Positions 9,720-19,225 of a DNA stretch of 64,000 bases are shown here, one piece after another. Position 1 is the first letter of the stretch. The number at the start of each line of letters is the position of its first letter. Below the pieces are notes generated by a model that was given only the letters and a program-made list of their open reading frames with translations, made no database searches and had not been told where the DNA came from. A program made the position numbers and the translations under genes. The DNA is from a virus, in the IMG/VR virus record IMGVR_UViG_3300022223_000004, positions 6,499 to 70,498 of that record; one strand, written 5' to 3'.

Positions 9720-12116
9720 TTATGTACCTCTCGCCATCATATCTCGGACCCTTGCAATGATTTTTTGTTCAAGTTTTGGCGCCATTTGCAAAAACACCGA
9801 AGCTGCCTCTTTTGTTGCACCTTGTGCATATATACTTATTGGGACAGAAACGCCTCCTTTGGCACCATTACTGCCCCCAATAGGTGTTACTGTAACATTC
9901 TCTCCACGGGTGACCGGCATCATTAACATATTTTTATCACGACCAGGTTTGCCTCCTATTCTGAAATCGGAACCGTGGTAAGAGGGTGGACCAAACATCC
10001 CATTGGTTGTTTCGGAAAACCATCCATCTGAGAATGATCCACCTCCTCCTCCTCCTCCGGCAGTAGCTGTAGAAAATAACCCGCCTAAGAAACCTCCCAG
10101 ACCTCCTCCACTGTCGCCACTCTCCCCGAATATATTTTTTAGTATTTGAGCCGCGGCAGCTTCTGCTACCATTCTTTGGAGAGTTTTAAGGAATGACATA
10201 AGCATACCATCCAACCCTTTCTCAAAAGGATCAAACAAAAAGTCCGCAAAGGCAGATTGCATATTACGGGCGGCTTGGTCTGCAAATTGTTGCATACTGT
10301 CTGTATTTTTTTGCAACTTCCCATCCAATTCTTCCACTGACCTATTAAATGTCTCTTGGGATATTTTCCCATTGTCTAGTAATATTTTGAGTCTTTCTAA
10401 TTCCGCATTGTACACCTCTAAAGGTTTCCTCATTTTTTCAGTGAGGGCCTGTCCCTCTAAGGTCATCATTAAATCCTTGACCAAGTCTGCTTGGGTTTTA
10501 CTGGCACCCCTTGCACTAAGGGCAAACCTTTCGGCCTCAGCCGCAGCCTGCCCGTAGGTCTGGACCTGTATTTTCAGATTTTGGACAGTCTTTTCGATTT
10601 CTTCATTTAAGGCAATCTGTTCCTCTGTTAAAACTACAGGAGTCCCTCCTGCTTTGCCTTTAGTCCCATTAATAATTTCATTCATCTTGTCTGCATGTTG
10701 CTGGGCTTGTAACTGCTCCAATTCAAATTTTTCTTTCCTTAATTGGGCTTCAGCGGCGGCCGCTTCCCTTTTGGCTACTAATTCTTCGTTCCCTATTCTA
10801 CGGAGTTCCGCATTCCTTCTTTTTCGTTCTTCCTCCAATCGGTCATATACCGTTTCCTCCCCGGACATAAGATTGTCATAAAATTGTGCCATCGCAGTGG
10901 GATTGGCTGCCATATGTATGGCAGCACCTAAATGGGAAAATGCCGCTGTGGCGTTATTAAGGGTGGTCATCAAAGTTGTTTCTATTGTGGCAGAAATAAC
11001 GTCTATATTTTCTATAAAAGAGGAAGTGGTGCCCACCAAAGATATGAGCCATTGGGTCATTTGCCTAAGCTCAGTCTTATTGGACTTCCCTATTTGGATT
11101 CTTAAATCCTCAGTGACAGACCCTAAAGTTTTAAGGTCCCCTCCCAAAGTATTCACCCTGGTTCTTTGCTGTTCTTGTGCTACGTTCGTACCAGTAAGGG
11201 CTTCGGTCAGTTTTTCTTGGGCATCTACGTTTGCTGCCAAAATGGAAGCGGCTGATATATTTTCTCTACCAAATATCTTGGCCATTCTGGTAGAATCTTT
11301 AGTTAGGTCCGTGAAGGCTGATAAGGATTTATTAATCCCCACTATCTTAGGATCTAAAGAGTCTCCCTGTTGTTGTAAGGATAATAAGACCCCTCTTAAC
11401 TGGGTGCCCGCTATTGCTCCTTTAACACCATTTGCCGCTAATATCTGGATCAAGGAGTTTAATTGCTCATAGGATAATCCGGCCTGTTTAGCGATTACCC
11501 CTGATTTCTCAATGGCTGCGGCTGTGTCTGCTACCTCTGAGGCTCCATACTTTGATCCCGCCGCAAGAACATTAACATACCTAGCGGCTTGGTCTGCGCC
11601 AGCGGCAAACTGGTTTAGAGACAGGCCTACGGCATTGGCAGCACCTGCTAATTCTACTCCAGATGCCTCTGAAAGGGCAATCACCTCTTTGGTGACTTCT
11701 GACAAAGCCACTGCATTGGACAGTAAATCAGGTTTGGCACTGGCAATCAGTTTAAAGGCACCAGCGGCTTCCGTTGCGGATAAGGTAGTTGTCTTACCAA
11801 AAACCCTTGCTTGGTTTTCCAAGTATTCTAAAGAGGCTCCAGAGGCTCCAGTGATAGCCTGCAACTCAGCAATGGCATCCCCAAAATCCCTGGTAGTAGT
11901 GATCACATCCTTCAGGAATAAACCAACTCCGAGAGATAGTAAGGCCCCTTTGATAGAAAAAATGGAACTTTTTAATCTATCAAATTCCTTTTTAGTGCCA
12001 TTAACGGCAGTAGCGGCGGATCCTTTTAACTTACCAAAGGCCCTCTGTACCGCAGCCACCCCCTCTTTTGCGGAAGCAGGATCAACTTTCACTCCTAATA
12101 TAGTTAATTCAGCCAT
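9720..12116 (-). CDS. tail tape measure protein (TP901-type domain)
   Basis: 798 aa, Ala-rich and helical; 'LQAITGAS...ARVFGKTT..SATEAA', 'YVNVLAAGSKYG', 'GVKGAIAGTQLR'. Confidence 0.92.
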   Translation of the reverse strand: MAELTILGVKVDPASAKEGVAAVQRAFGKLKGSAATAVNGTKKEFDRLKSSIFSIKGALLSLGVGLFLKDVITTTRDFGDAIAELQAITGASGASLEYLENQARVFGKTTTLSATEAAGAFKLIASAKPDLLSNAVALSEVTKEVIALSEASGVELAGAANAVGLSLNQFAAGADQAARYVNVLAAGSKYGASEVADTAAAIEKSGVIAKQAGLSYEQLNSLIQILAANGVKGAIAGTQLRGVLLSLQQQGDSLDPKIVGINKSLSAFTDLTKDSTRMAKIFGRENISAASILAANVDAQEKLTEALTGTNVAQEQQRTRVNTLGGDLKTLGSVTEDLRIQIGKSNKTELRQMTQWLISLVGTTSSFIENIDVISATIETTLMTTLNNATAAFSHLGAAIHMAANPTAMAQFYDNLMSGEETVYDRLEEERKRRNAELRRIGNEELVAKREAAAAEAQLRKEKFELEQLQAQQHADKMNEIINGTKGKAGGTPVVLTEEQIALNEEIEKTVQNLKIQVQTYGQAAAEAERFALSARGASKTQADLVKDLMMTLEGQALTEKMRKPLEVYNAELERLKILLDNGKISQETFNRSVEELDGKLQKNTDSMQQFADQAARNMQSAFADFLFDPFEKGLDGMLMSFLKTLQRMVAEAAAAQILKNIFGESGDSGGGLGGFLGGLFSTATAGGGGGGGSFSDGWFSETTNGMFGPPSYHGSDFRIGGKPGRDKNMLMMPVTRGENVTVTPIGGSNGAKGGVSVPISIYAQGATKEAASVFLQMAPKLEQKIIARVRDMMARGT

Positions 12117-12122
12117 GGCACT

Positions 12123-12467
12123 TTATTCCTTATCTTTGTCCTTATCCTTTATCTGGTATAAGGTATTGACGTAATGTATGTCAATTCTCCTAATCGTGTT
12201 TGTAAAATCTTGAACACCAACTATCCCAAACAAAGAACAATAATCCTTAATTTCGGAAAGAGGAATGTGGGAGATTACTCCAAAAGCCGATGCAGGTCTG
12301 CTGGCGTTTAGGAACAAAAAAGAATCCAATACACCTTTTTCGGATTCTTGTAACTCTGGCAATTCCTCCAATGCAGGAACTTCTATCCCACATTCCCTAG
12401 CATTAAGTAAGTCTTGGTAAAACTCTCCCCATTCCAGATTCCACTGGAGAAAGTCTATAACTTTTTT
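12123..12467 (-). CDS. tail assembly chaperone GT extension, reached by -1 frameshift
   Basis: The -1 frame from A AAA AAG (12461-12467) reads VIDFLQWNLEWGEFYQDLL...ALEELPELQ without a stop into ORF 12123..12371. Confidence 0.85.
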   Translation of the reverse strand, partial: KKVIDFLQWNLEWGEFYQDLLNARECGIEVPALEELPELQESEKGVLDSFLFLNASRPASAFGVISHIPLSEIKDYCSLFGIVGVQDFTNTIRRIDIHYVNTLYQIKDKDKDKE

Positions 12468-12880
12468 GAAAGCTCTTCGGTATCTGCTAAAGCAAAATTG
12501 GCACTATTCATGGAATGGATTTGGATAAAATTCCTAAAGGTTTCCATCTCTTCCATTTGTAGTATCTTTAATGCTAATTCATAGGAGTATTTTACCTCTT
12601 GACCATTCAAGGTAATATCTTCCCAGTCCAGAATCAAAGTTTCTGCGGCCGCTCTGGTAGCCACTTCATCCCATTCAGCTTCCGTGAGGTTTTTACTGTC
12701 GTTAACCTCTCGTTTCATTTCCAAAGCATGGCGTTTCAAGGCATCATTGTATGCAGGACTTCCATAACGCCCTACTTTAATTCTACCTGGGACTCCCTCG
12801 GCATCTGAAATATTAATCCAAACACCTTCTTTTAATTTTGCTGGGTCTTGAGCAAATTTGGTGAATAAATCCACACTCAT
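12455..12880 (-). CDS. tail assembly chaperone G
   Basis: Between tail tube and tape measure genes; 'EGVWI', 'LILDWEDI', 'FRNFI'; ends ...TCA AAA AAG TTA TAG. Confidence 0.88.
   Translation of the reverse strand: MSVDLFTKFAQDPAKLKEGVWINISDAEGVPGRIKVGRYGSPAYNDALKRHALEMKREVNDSKNLTEAEWDEVATRAAAETLILDWEDITLNGQEVKYSYELALKILQMEEMETFRNFIQIHSMNSANFALADTEELSKKL
12461..12467 (-). other. -1 programmed ribosomal frameshift slippery site A AAA AAG
   Basis: X XXY YYZ heptamer in the correct phase just before the G stop codon; the -1 frame is open. Confidence 0.85.
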
Positions 12881-12955
12881 TTTTATCTCCTTCTTTTAAG
12901 TAAAAAACGGGTGACAGTTTTTTAAAAGCCCCATCACCCAATCGCCCAGCAACCG

Positions 12956-14113
12956 TTATGCAGAGAATTTATCAATTTGGATGGTACAATCTAAATCCGG
13001 ATCCGCATAAGCGGTCCATTCCATTTCTGCCATAACGTCGGTATTTTTGCCGGACGTCAATATCTTTCCGTTTGTGAATTTAAGCCGTGGGAAACTGTAT
13101 GCCATAGCGGCTCCGTTTGCATCTTGGACAATCATTGCCAAGGAGGATGCAACATCTCCCAGATACTTATCATACAGGGCATTGTTATGGAAATAGATAG
13201 TAGCCTTTCCTGTAATTGAAAGACTTCCATTTCCAAAGTCCACATTCTCCAGATTAGCAATAGCATCTCTGGGTCTGGCATTGTTCTTTAACTGGAAGTC
13301 CAAAGACTTGCAGTAAATGCCAGCGGCCAGGTCTGCGCCGCCCTCCTGGATCTTCACCACATTACTTGAAGCGTTAAGGATAGGATTGGTATTAGCCGCA
13401 ACTGGCGCTCCTGTTCCCACTGTGGACTGATCAAGCCCTCCAGAGAGTCCTACAAATCCGAATGACCCTGTTAAGACAGAACGGGAAGCAAAAGTCATGG
13501 ATAAAGTATCCACTAAACACCCTTTCAGATATTCAAATTGCACTTTATCTTGGAATTCCTTTTCTAAGGTAAAGGAACTCCTTACTACTCCATTCCTTAT
13601 CATAGTGCCCTTAATAGTGACACTATCTCCCGCAACTTCGTCTACCAGAGTACCACCAGATACTACTAATTTTGAAGCGGTCCGGGAAACTACTTTAAAG
13701 AATCCGTTATTGGCTGTTTCAGTGAACCCAGATGATTTCACCCATTGCCCTACCACAAAAGCAGGAATGCCAGCTCCCGAATCATTAAAGGAGTTGTCCG
13801 CACTGGCCGCGGATAGTGTTATAGCTGTTATGGTCAACTCAACTGGAAATGCTGCCGAATATAAAGCCGCTTCCAAATAGTCGTCATGGCTGGCATAGGA
13901 GGACTCAAAATTAATTTCCCCCCCAACCATTTTCCCTGTACGAATGATATCCGACGTTTGGCGATCCTCCCGTATCTCCGCGGATTCTTCCGTTGTCATA
14001 TCTTGACTAAGGGATTCTCCAGTAAACCTTATTGCCTCTAAAGGAGATGCAGGGGTTACCCCCAAGCTACTTTCTTTTATCCCCCTTAGTGCCACTCTAT
14101 CCGAATCAGACAT
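12956..14113 (-). CDS. major tail tube protein
   Basis: 'ESSLGVTP...RFTGESL...SAEIREDRQ', 'SFTLEKEF.D', 'ITGKATIYF' siphovirus tube motifs. Confidence 0.88.
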   Translation of the reverse strand: MSDSDRVALRGIKESSLGVTPASPLEAIRFTGESLSQDMTTEESAEIREDRQTSDIIRTGKMVGGEINFESSYASHDDYLEAALYSAAFPVELTITAITLSAASADNSFNDSGAGIPAFVVGQWVKSSGFTETANNGFFKVVSRTASKLVVSGGTLVDEVAGDSVTIKGTMIRNGVVRSSFTLEKEFQDKVQFEYLKGCLVDTLSMTFASRSVLTGSFGFVGLSGGLDQSTVGTGAPVAANTNPILNASSNVVKIQEGGADLAAGIYCKSLDFQLKNNARPRDAIANLENVDFGNGSLSITGKATIYFHNNALYDKYLGDVASSLAMIVQDANGAAMAYSFPRLKFTNGKILTSGKNTDVMAEMEWTAYADPDLDCTIQIDKFSA

Positions 14114-14125
14114 TTTATTGCCTCC

Positions 14126-14572
14126 TTAAATGGTTATAAAAGAATCCCAATAAAAAGGAATCCGTACTACTCTCCGTATCCATCCCTCACTCTTGGTAGA
14201 ATCATCATCGTTGCCAATAATGGCTCCCACTCCACAAGTGATAGTGGTACTTCCAGATTTGAATTGTTTTAATTCAAAAATTGCTTTGGCTTTATCACCC
14301 AAGGTAAGACATTTAAATACTCCCATACCTGCAGGGTAATACACACCTACATATACTATTCCAACATTCCGGGCCATCACAGTATCACCCCCACCCTTTC
14401 CTGCCACATCTCCTTCAGAGCCGATTTGGAGAGTAATCACAGCATAAGGGACACCATCATCCTTGTTAGGTGTGTTAAACTCTACGCCTGGCCATTTGAC
14501 CATACAATCATCCGTTTCATTCCATCCAGACTCGAAAGCTTCCAATAATGTTTTTTCTACAACCAGGCTCAT
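14126..14572 (-). CDS. tail terminator-like protein
   Basis: Lies before the tube gene; 'WPGVEFNTP', 'GIVYVGVYYPAGMG', 'VRIPF'. Confidence 0.75.
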   Translation of the reverse strand: MSLVVEKTLLEAFESGWNETDDCMVKWPGVEFNTPNKDDGVPYAVITLQIGSEGDVAGKGGGDTVMARNVGIVYVGVYYPAGMGVFKCLTLGDKAKAIFELKQFKSGSTTITCGVGAIIGNDDDSTKSEGWIRRVVRIPFYWDSFITI

Positions 14573-14988
14573 GCGTTTTTATCCAAAAAGGTTTGCACTT
14601 CCTCTAAAGTTAAAGCCACCATACCATTCGGTGATTGGTCTGAGGATCCATTCTCTAGTGGCTCAATGTATGGCAAACTACTTGTTATATAAATCGCAGA
14701 ATAAGGATTGCTATCATCCTTAAATCGGGACAATTTAGAAATAGCCGCAGCGGTTGCCTGCGATTTACTTTTCCCCTCTGCATCTTTTGGAGGTACTGAA
14801 GTATCAGGCTCTCCGTAATTTATATTCCACGATCCCCTAGCCCTTCCCGTATCCACTGGAGTCTTGGCTATGATCCCACTGAATATGTCAAATGCCAATT
14901 TCCGTTTCAGAGCATTTACATCAACTCCCAGCTTCCTAACGAAACGGTCTAGGCCTCTTCCAAACTCTGTCAATTCCTTATCTGCCAT
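14569..14988 (-). CDS. HK97 gp10-like neck protein
   Basis: 'TPVDTGRARGSW', 'LPYIEPLENGSSDQSPNGM'; start moved to MADKELTE. Confidence 0.85.
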   Translation of the reverse strand: MADKELTEFGRGLDRFVRKLGVDVNALKRKLAFDIFSGIIAKTPVDTGRARGSWNINYGEPDTSVPPKDAEGKSKSQATAAAISKLSRFKDDSNPYSAIYITSSLPYIEPLENGSSDQSPNGMVALTLEEVQTFLDKNA

Positions 14989-14990
14989 TT

Positions 14991-15392
14991 TTAAAACTCT
15001 GTAACAATGGACAAAACAGTGGCCCGCCTTACATGCAATATCCATAAAGCTTGAACAGGATCAGTGGCCACTCCCTCTACCTTCCATTGCTCTGTGGAAG
15101 AAACCTCTAGTCTGTCTCCATTTTTAGGCACAGTTGAAAGGTCCAAAGAGGCAATTAAAACCTTTTTATCTTCCTTTTTAACCTTATCCCCATCAATCTC
15201 CTCTTGTTTGAATTCCATCTCAACAAAAGATATAGACAGCCAAGGGGTTCCTTTATTGACTATTTCATCTTTAGAAGGAGAGTATCCGCTACCAGAGGTA
15301 GACATACTCCAATAGGTGCAAACTCCTAGGGCATCCCCAGTGGCTTTCATTGCCGTTTGGGCCGCTTTCTGTACCACACTTTTCAGTCCCAT
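14991..15392 (-). CDS. head-closure / head-tail adaptor protein
   Basis: 'EEIDGDKVKKEDKKVLI...PKNGDRL...W.V...DP'; neck gene position. Confidence 0.7.
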   Translation of the reverse strand: MGLKSVVQKAAQTAMKATGDALGVCTYWSMSTSGSGYSPSKDEIVNKGTPWLSISFVEMEFKQEEIDGDKVKKEDKKVLIASLDLSTVPKNGDRLEVSSTEQWKVEGVATDPVQALWILHVRRATVLSIVTEF

Positions 15393-15395
15393 TTT

Positions 15396-15923
15396 TTACA
15401 CCCTAACTAAGGAGACAGTTCCTGCTGGTGCATTGTCACCAGCTTTTCTGCTACCTAAGTCTTTTATCATTCCATAAATTCCATCAGGTATTAAAGAGAT
15501 TTGGTCAAATTTGTCTATCTCCAAAGAGATAGGACCAACAGTTATCTTTTTAAATCCTATGGTATCCCTGTCTGCCGCACGATCTGCATCAATCAATAAT
15601 TGAGCTAGGTCTGCTGTGGCATGCTCAATAGCTTCCGGAATGGAAGCATTATCCACAATTCTGCCTTCTTTGTCTGTGACTCCCGACCGGGGCCACCCTA
15701 AAGCTTGGCTATAGTCAACAATATTTCCTTTCCAGTCCATATTATTATCTAAAATATTCGTGGCCCAAATTAATGCGGCCTTTTTGGTATCATCTGTCAC
15801 CGTGGCATCATTCCAAGTGTCGGAATGCAGGCGATGGCTAGTATGGTAATGGTCCGCCTCTTGGGTTGTCACATAGGACGTAGAGGCGGAACCTCCCACG
15901 GTTGTGTCAAAATCGTGAGCCAT
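15396..15923 (-). CDS. head-tail connector (DnaT-like family)
   Basis: 'SYVT..EAD.YH', 'KKAALIWAT..LD', 'QALGWPRSG', 'IPEAI..ATA.LA', 'VGPIS'. Confidence 0.85.
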   Translation of the reverse strand: MAHDFDTTVGGSASTSYVTTQEADHYHTSHRLHSDTWNDATVTDDTKKAALIWATNILDNNMDWKGNIVDYSQALGWPRSGVTDKEGRIVDNASIPEAIEHATADLAQLLIDADRAADRDTIGFKKITVGPISLEIDKFDQISLIPDGIYGMIKDLGSRKAGDNAPAGTVSLVRV

Positions 15924-15934
15924 TACCGTCTCCC

Positions 15935-16258
15935 TTATTTATAGGTATGAATAAGGAAGTCCCACTCACCGGCGCCTGGCGTCAAAGCGCCTGCTGTGGG
16001 ATTAACAAAACGGATTGCAATAGTATCATCCGCTTTCACTCTTACACCCACAACACCTGTGGCATTACCAAAGTCAGGGTTTTGCACTCCGACAATTTTA
16101 TCACCAGCTTTCACACCGGTGACGGTAAAGTCCTGCTCTGCAACCGTGTTAACGGCAACGGAGGCAGGTGTCAATGTGGGGCTGTATCTCCGAATTTTGG
16201 TTATCACAGGGTTCGCATTGGAATCCCGGGAATTCGGATACATTCTTGGGTCACTCAT
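15935..16258 (-). CDS. probable head decoration/structural protein
   Basis: Beta-rich 'TLTPASVAVNTVAEQDFTVTGV..GD...RV.A.DTI.IRF.N.T'; follows the capsid gene. Confidence 0.6.
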   Translation of the reverse strand: MSDPRMYPNSRDSNANPVITKIRRYSPTLTPASVAVNTVAEQDFTVTGVKAGDKIVGVQNPDFGNATGVVGVRVKADDTIAIRFVNPTAGALTPGAGEWDFLIHTYK

Positions 16259-16331
16259 AATCCCTCTCCTTACTTTTATCTCAAAAAAGAAACGAAACCT
16301 TCCCTAGAGTCTAGTCTGTTTAACCCTATGT

Positions 16332-16580
16332 CTATGTCTCGTCGGAGGTACTAGCACCCGTTTCCGGATCGCCAGTTTCTGGAGTATCACCAGGTACTTC
16401 ACCCTCATCTCCAAGGGCAGATAGGTCAAGGGCCGTTCTGGATATTGAAGCAGACTCATGGAGATTTTCATCATAATCAGATGCATTGATAATAAAATCC
16501 CCATACTCGGCAGCTTTCTTTCCTTCAGGCCCATCTTTTCGGTACCGGACTTTCTTTGTAGGTAATCGTGACATTTCCAC
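16332..16580 (-). CDS. small hypothetical protein ('IINASDYD' family)
   Basis: AAAGGAG RBS; 'LPT.KV...IINASDYD...HE' motif often seen downstream of capsid genes. Confidence 0.65.
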   Translation of the reverse strand: MEMSRLPTKKVRYRKDGPEGKKAAEYGDFIINASDYDENLHESASISRTALDLSALGDEGEVPGDTPETGDPETGASTSDET

Positions 16581-16604
16581 TTTCTCCTTTATTTACTTAT
16601 GGAT

Positions 16605-16638
16605 AAAATCTAGGAGGAAGAGAATTCCCTTCCTCCAG
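16605..16638 (-). terminator. stem-loop after the major capsid gene
   Basis: GGAGGAAGGG-AATT-CTCTTCCTCC followed by TAGATTTT on the minus strand. Confidence 0.5.
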
Positions 16639-16649
16639 ATCATTAAAGG

Positions 16650-17774
16650 TTAACCGGCGAGTCTGGCAGCCAGTTCCCTGCGGGCGAGTGCGGCACCGTA
16701 CAGCATATCAAACGACCAACGGTATCTCTTATGCTCTCTGGTGAGTTCCAGGCGCATTGTAAGACCTGACACAGGGTCAGTAGCTGATTGAATGATAGAC
16801 CCCAACCCTTGGGATTGGAGATCAAGCAACGGACGGGAAGCAAACGCAAAGGCATCACGATGGAAGGCAAGGTTCACAGTGTGGCTATCTTTAAAAGTAA
16901 TGGCCGCATTGTCTGCCCAGGCTACCTGTATAGCAGGCTCAAAAGTCATGGCTGTGATTGGGCCAGCACCTGTGACACCTGTAATGGTGTAGGTTTGGCT
17001 ATCACCAGCAACCGTGAATATATCCCCAGTAACAGGAACTCCCGCGCCAGTATCCACTGAAACGGATTTAACCCCAGTCACAACGGCTGCATCATTTACC
17101 AGATACCCTGTAGCACCACCGGCCGTATGTACAGGAATGTCCTGGTCCATGAACCAATCGAAACCCAGCTTACGGTTGATTTTACCGTCACGGATCGCGG
17201 CAGCGTCACCACTGAAGGACATATCTTGAAAGGCCCTCAGGTCCAGCGCATTTGCTTCCGCTTCAGTATCAAAAACCAATCGGCGATCCTGTAAAGGAGC
17301 CAATTGCTGGTTGAGGATCTTTCTGACCTGTGTGGCATCAGTAGTACCAGAACCGAATGGTGTAGTACCAGGAGTACCGTAGAACCCATAGATGCCTTTA
17401 TACTGGGCCATAATATGGGCATTAACGGCATTGGCAATAGATTTTACTGCCTCTGAAGCCTGCATCGGGATAACACCGTTAACCGCTTCCTTCAAGTCCT
17501 TATCAGATAGATAGAAAGGAGCTTCCTTCCACTGATCAAGGGGTACGGATACGGTAGTGGGTGCGATGTCCGCAGTGACCGGTGGGGTTGCCGCCGGAGA
17601 CACATCTTGAGCCGCGATTGCGGAAGGGATCGGAACATCAACTGAGTTTCCCTTCTCTTTGGCTTCCTCAGAATAATCCGAGTTAACCAAAGCGGGCATA
17701 ACTACGTTTTCTCGTAATGCCATCAGACCTTGTGCAAGTATCTGAGGAATTACTTCAGCTAAGGTATTAGCCAT
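16650..17774 (-). CDS. major capsid protein (P22 coat-like, HK97 fold)
   Basis: 'MANTL', 'ALRENVVM..LVN.DY', 'KG.SV.VP.P', 'GFDWFMDQ', 'NLAFHRDAFAFA.RPL', 'FDMLYG'. Confidence 0.92.
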   Translation of the reverse strand: MANTLAEVIPQILAQGLMALRENVVMPALVNSDYSEEAKEKGNSVDVPIPSAIAAQDVSPAATPPVTADIAPTTVSVPLDQWKEAPFYLSDKDLKEAVNGVIPMQASEAVKSIANAVNAHIMAQYKGIYGFYGTPGTTPFGSGTTDATQVRKILNQQLAPLQDRRLVFDTEAEANALDLRAFQDMSFSGDAAAIRDGKINRKLGFDWFMDQDIPVHTAGGATGYLVNDAAVVTGVKSVSVDTGAGVPVTGDIFTVAGDSQTYTITGVTGAGPITAMTFEPAIQVAWADNAAITFKDSHTVNLAFHRDAFAFASRPLLDLQSQGLGSIIQSATDPVSGLTMRLELTREHKRYRWSFDMLYGAALARRELAARLAG

Positions 17775-17986
17775 TGGATTTCCTCCATTAGTTTCAAGTT
17801 TTAAACAAGGCCCGAGGAGATGAATAATACATCACTTGAGGACCACATGGTATATTGCGGTCCCCCCGGGACTCATATAAAACTCCAACACCGTTGGAGG
17901 TTAATTATGTTTTTGTGAGGCAGTCCCTTTTATTCAGGACTGCCAAACAAGGGAATAATTTACCCTAAAAGTATTTCCCGTTCCAT

Positions 17987-18790
17987 TTAGGCAGCGGGGG
18001 TAACTTTAATCTCACCTTTAGCGATTTTTTCCAAATTGGAGCTAATTGCTTGGCTATCATTAGACAGGACAGTTCCTTGCTGGCCACCACCTCTATGTCC
18101 CTGAGAGCCATCACCACCAGCACCACCACCTTGAGAACCCTCAAACAAGAATGGAGCCTCCTCTGCCAGAGAAGAACACCATTCGGTGATGGATAGAGGA
18201 TTTTTCCCATCAGACCCATACAGCACAGTGCCGTCTGGGCCTATAGGAGTAACTTCTCCCTCCCTCAATTGGAATACGCTTCTGGCTCTTGCCAAAACGT
18301 CCTTCATGGCATTCTGCCGTACCGTTCCGATAGCAGAGACCCCCTGCTGGACTTCGGAATCAATAACCACAGTGGCCAGTTTACCTTCCACAGTAGTTTT
18401 ATCGGCAGTGGCCTTTGCCAAATTTTCTTCAATCTTTTTAATGCGACCCTCATAGTCTGACCGCATTCGTTCCGTTCTGCTCTCTACCAACTTCTCCACA
18501 TCACCAGCCTCGAGGAGTTGTTTTTCCTCAATAGCCCGTAACTTCTCTTGGTATTCGGAATACTTTTCAGGATCAATTCCTTTAAACTTCTCCATTTCTT
18601 TTTGGAGTTGTTCCCGTTCTTGTGCCAACTTGATATTGTTATTCCTGAATTCCCCCAATTTATCCTTAAAGGATGAATCGTCTTGGTCCAGAATATAGCC
18701 ATCAACGTCATTCCCTGCCTCTTTATAATGCTCCTTAAGGGCATCGGGCAATTTGGCATAGTCGTCTTTACTGATTAAGGTTTTTAACAT
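17987..18790 (-). CDS. capsid scaffolding protein
   Basis: 'LKEHY', 'EFR.NNI.L', coiled coil, 'APFLFE.S.GGGA.G'; directly upstream of the capsid gene. Confidence 0.85.
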   Translation of the reverse strand: MLKTLISKDDYAKLPDALKEHYKEAGNDVDGYILDQDDSSFKDKLGEFRNNNIKLAQEREQLQKEMEKFKGIDPEKYSEYQEKLRAIEEKQLLEAGDVEKLVESRTERMRSDYEGRIKKIEENLAKATADKTTVEGKLATVVIDSEVQQGVSAIGTVRQNAMKDVLARARSVFQLREGEVTPIGPDGTVLYGSDGKNPLSITEWCSSLAEEAPFLFEGSQGGGAGGDGSQGHRGGGQQGTVLSNDSQAISSNLEKIAKGEIKVTPAA

Positions 18791-19006
18791 TTTGGTTTTT
18801 ACTCCCCGAGTAAATTAAATTTTAGGCGATTATGAAAAGGTACTGCTATCAGTAAGAATTATATCTGGGTGGTTGGGTATTCAGTCCGAAATGGACACCA
18901 TATGGAGTTTCTTTCCAAATACACTATGCAGAGCGCATAAAAAGTGGAAGAGGGATGGATATGCATGTGGGTTGTGTTTTTTGATTTTTTAAAAAGAAAA
19001 AAGGGG

Positions 19007-19225
19007 TTACCTCCGCTTTTTCTTTTGATTCCATTTATCATTGACAATCAATCCTCTTTTTACTGCCATCCTATATAATGGCCCTTTTTTAAATTCAGTC
19101 AAAGTGATCCCCTTATCAGATAAATACTGGTGAAATTCAGGCGTCCTGTATGCAGGCAAGTTCCACTCACCATGTAACCAATTTGCATTTCTGGGATTTT
19201 CGTCTAAGTTAATCTGGGAAGACAT
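19007..19225 (-). CDS. small protein coupled to MuF-ART (candidate immunity protein or detached subdomain)
   Basis: TAATG overlap with the MuF stop; AGGAG RBS; followed by a hairpin and U-tract. Confidence 0.65.
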   Translation of the reverse strand: MSSQINLDENPRNANWLHGEWNLPAYRTPEFHQYLSDKGITLTEFKKGPLYRMAVKRGLIVNDKWNQKKKRR

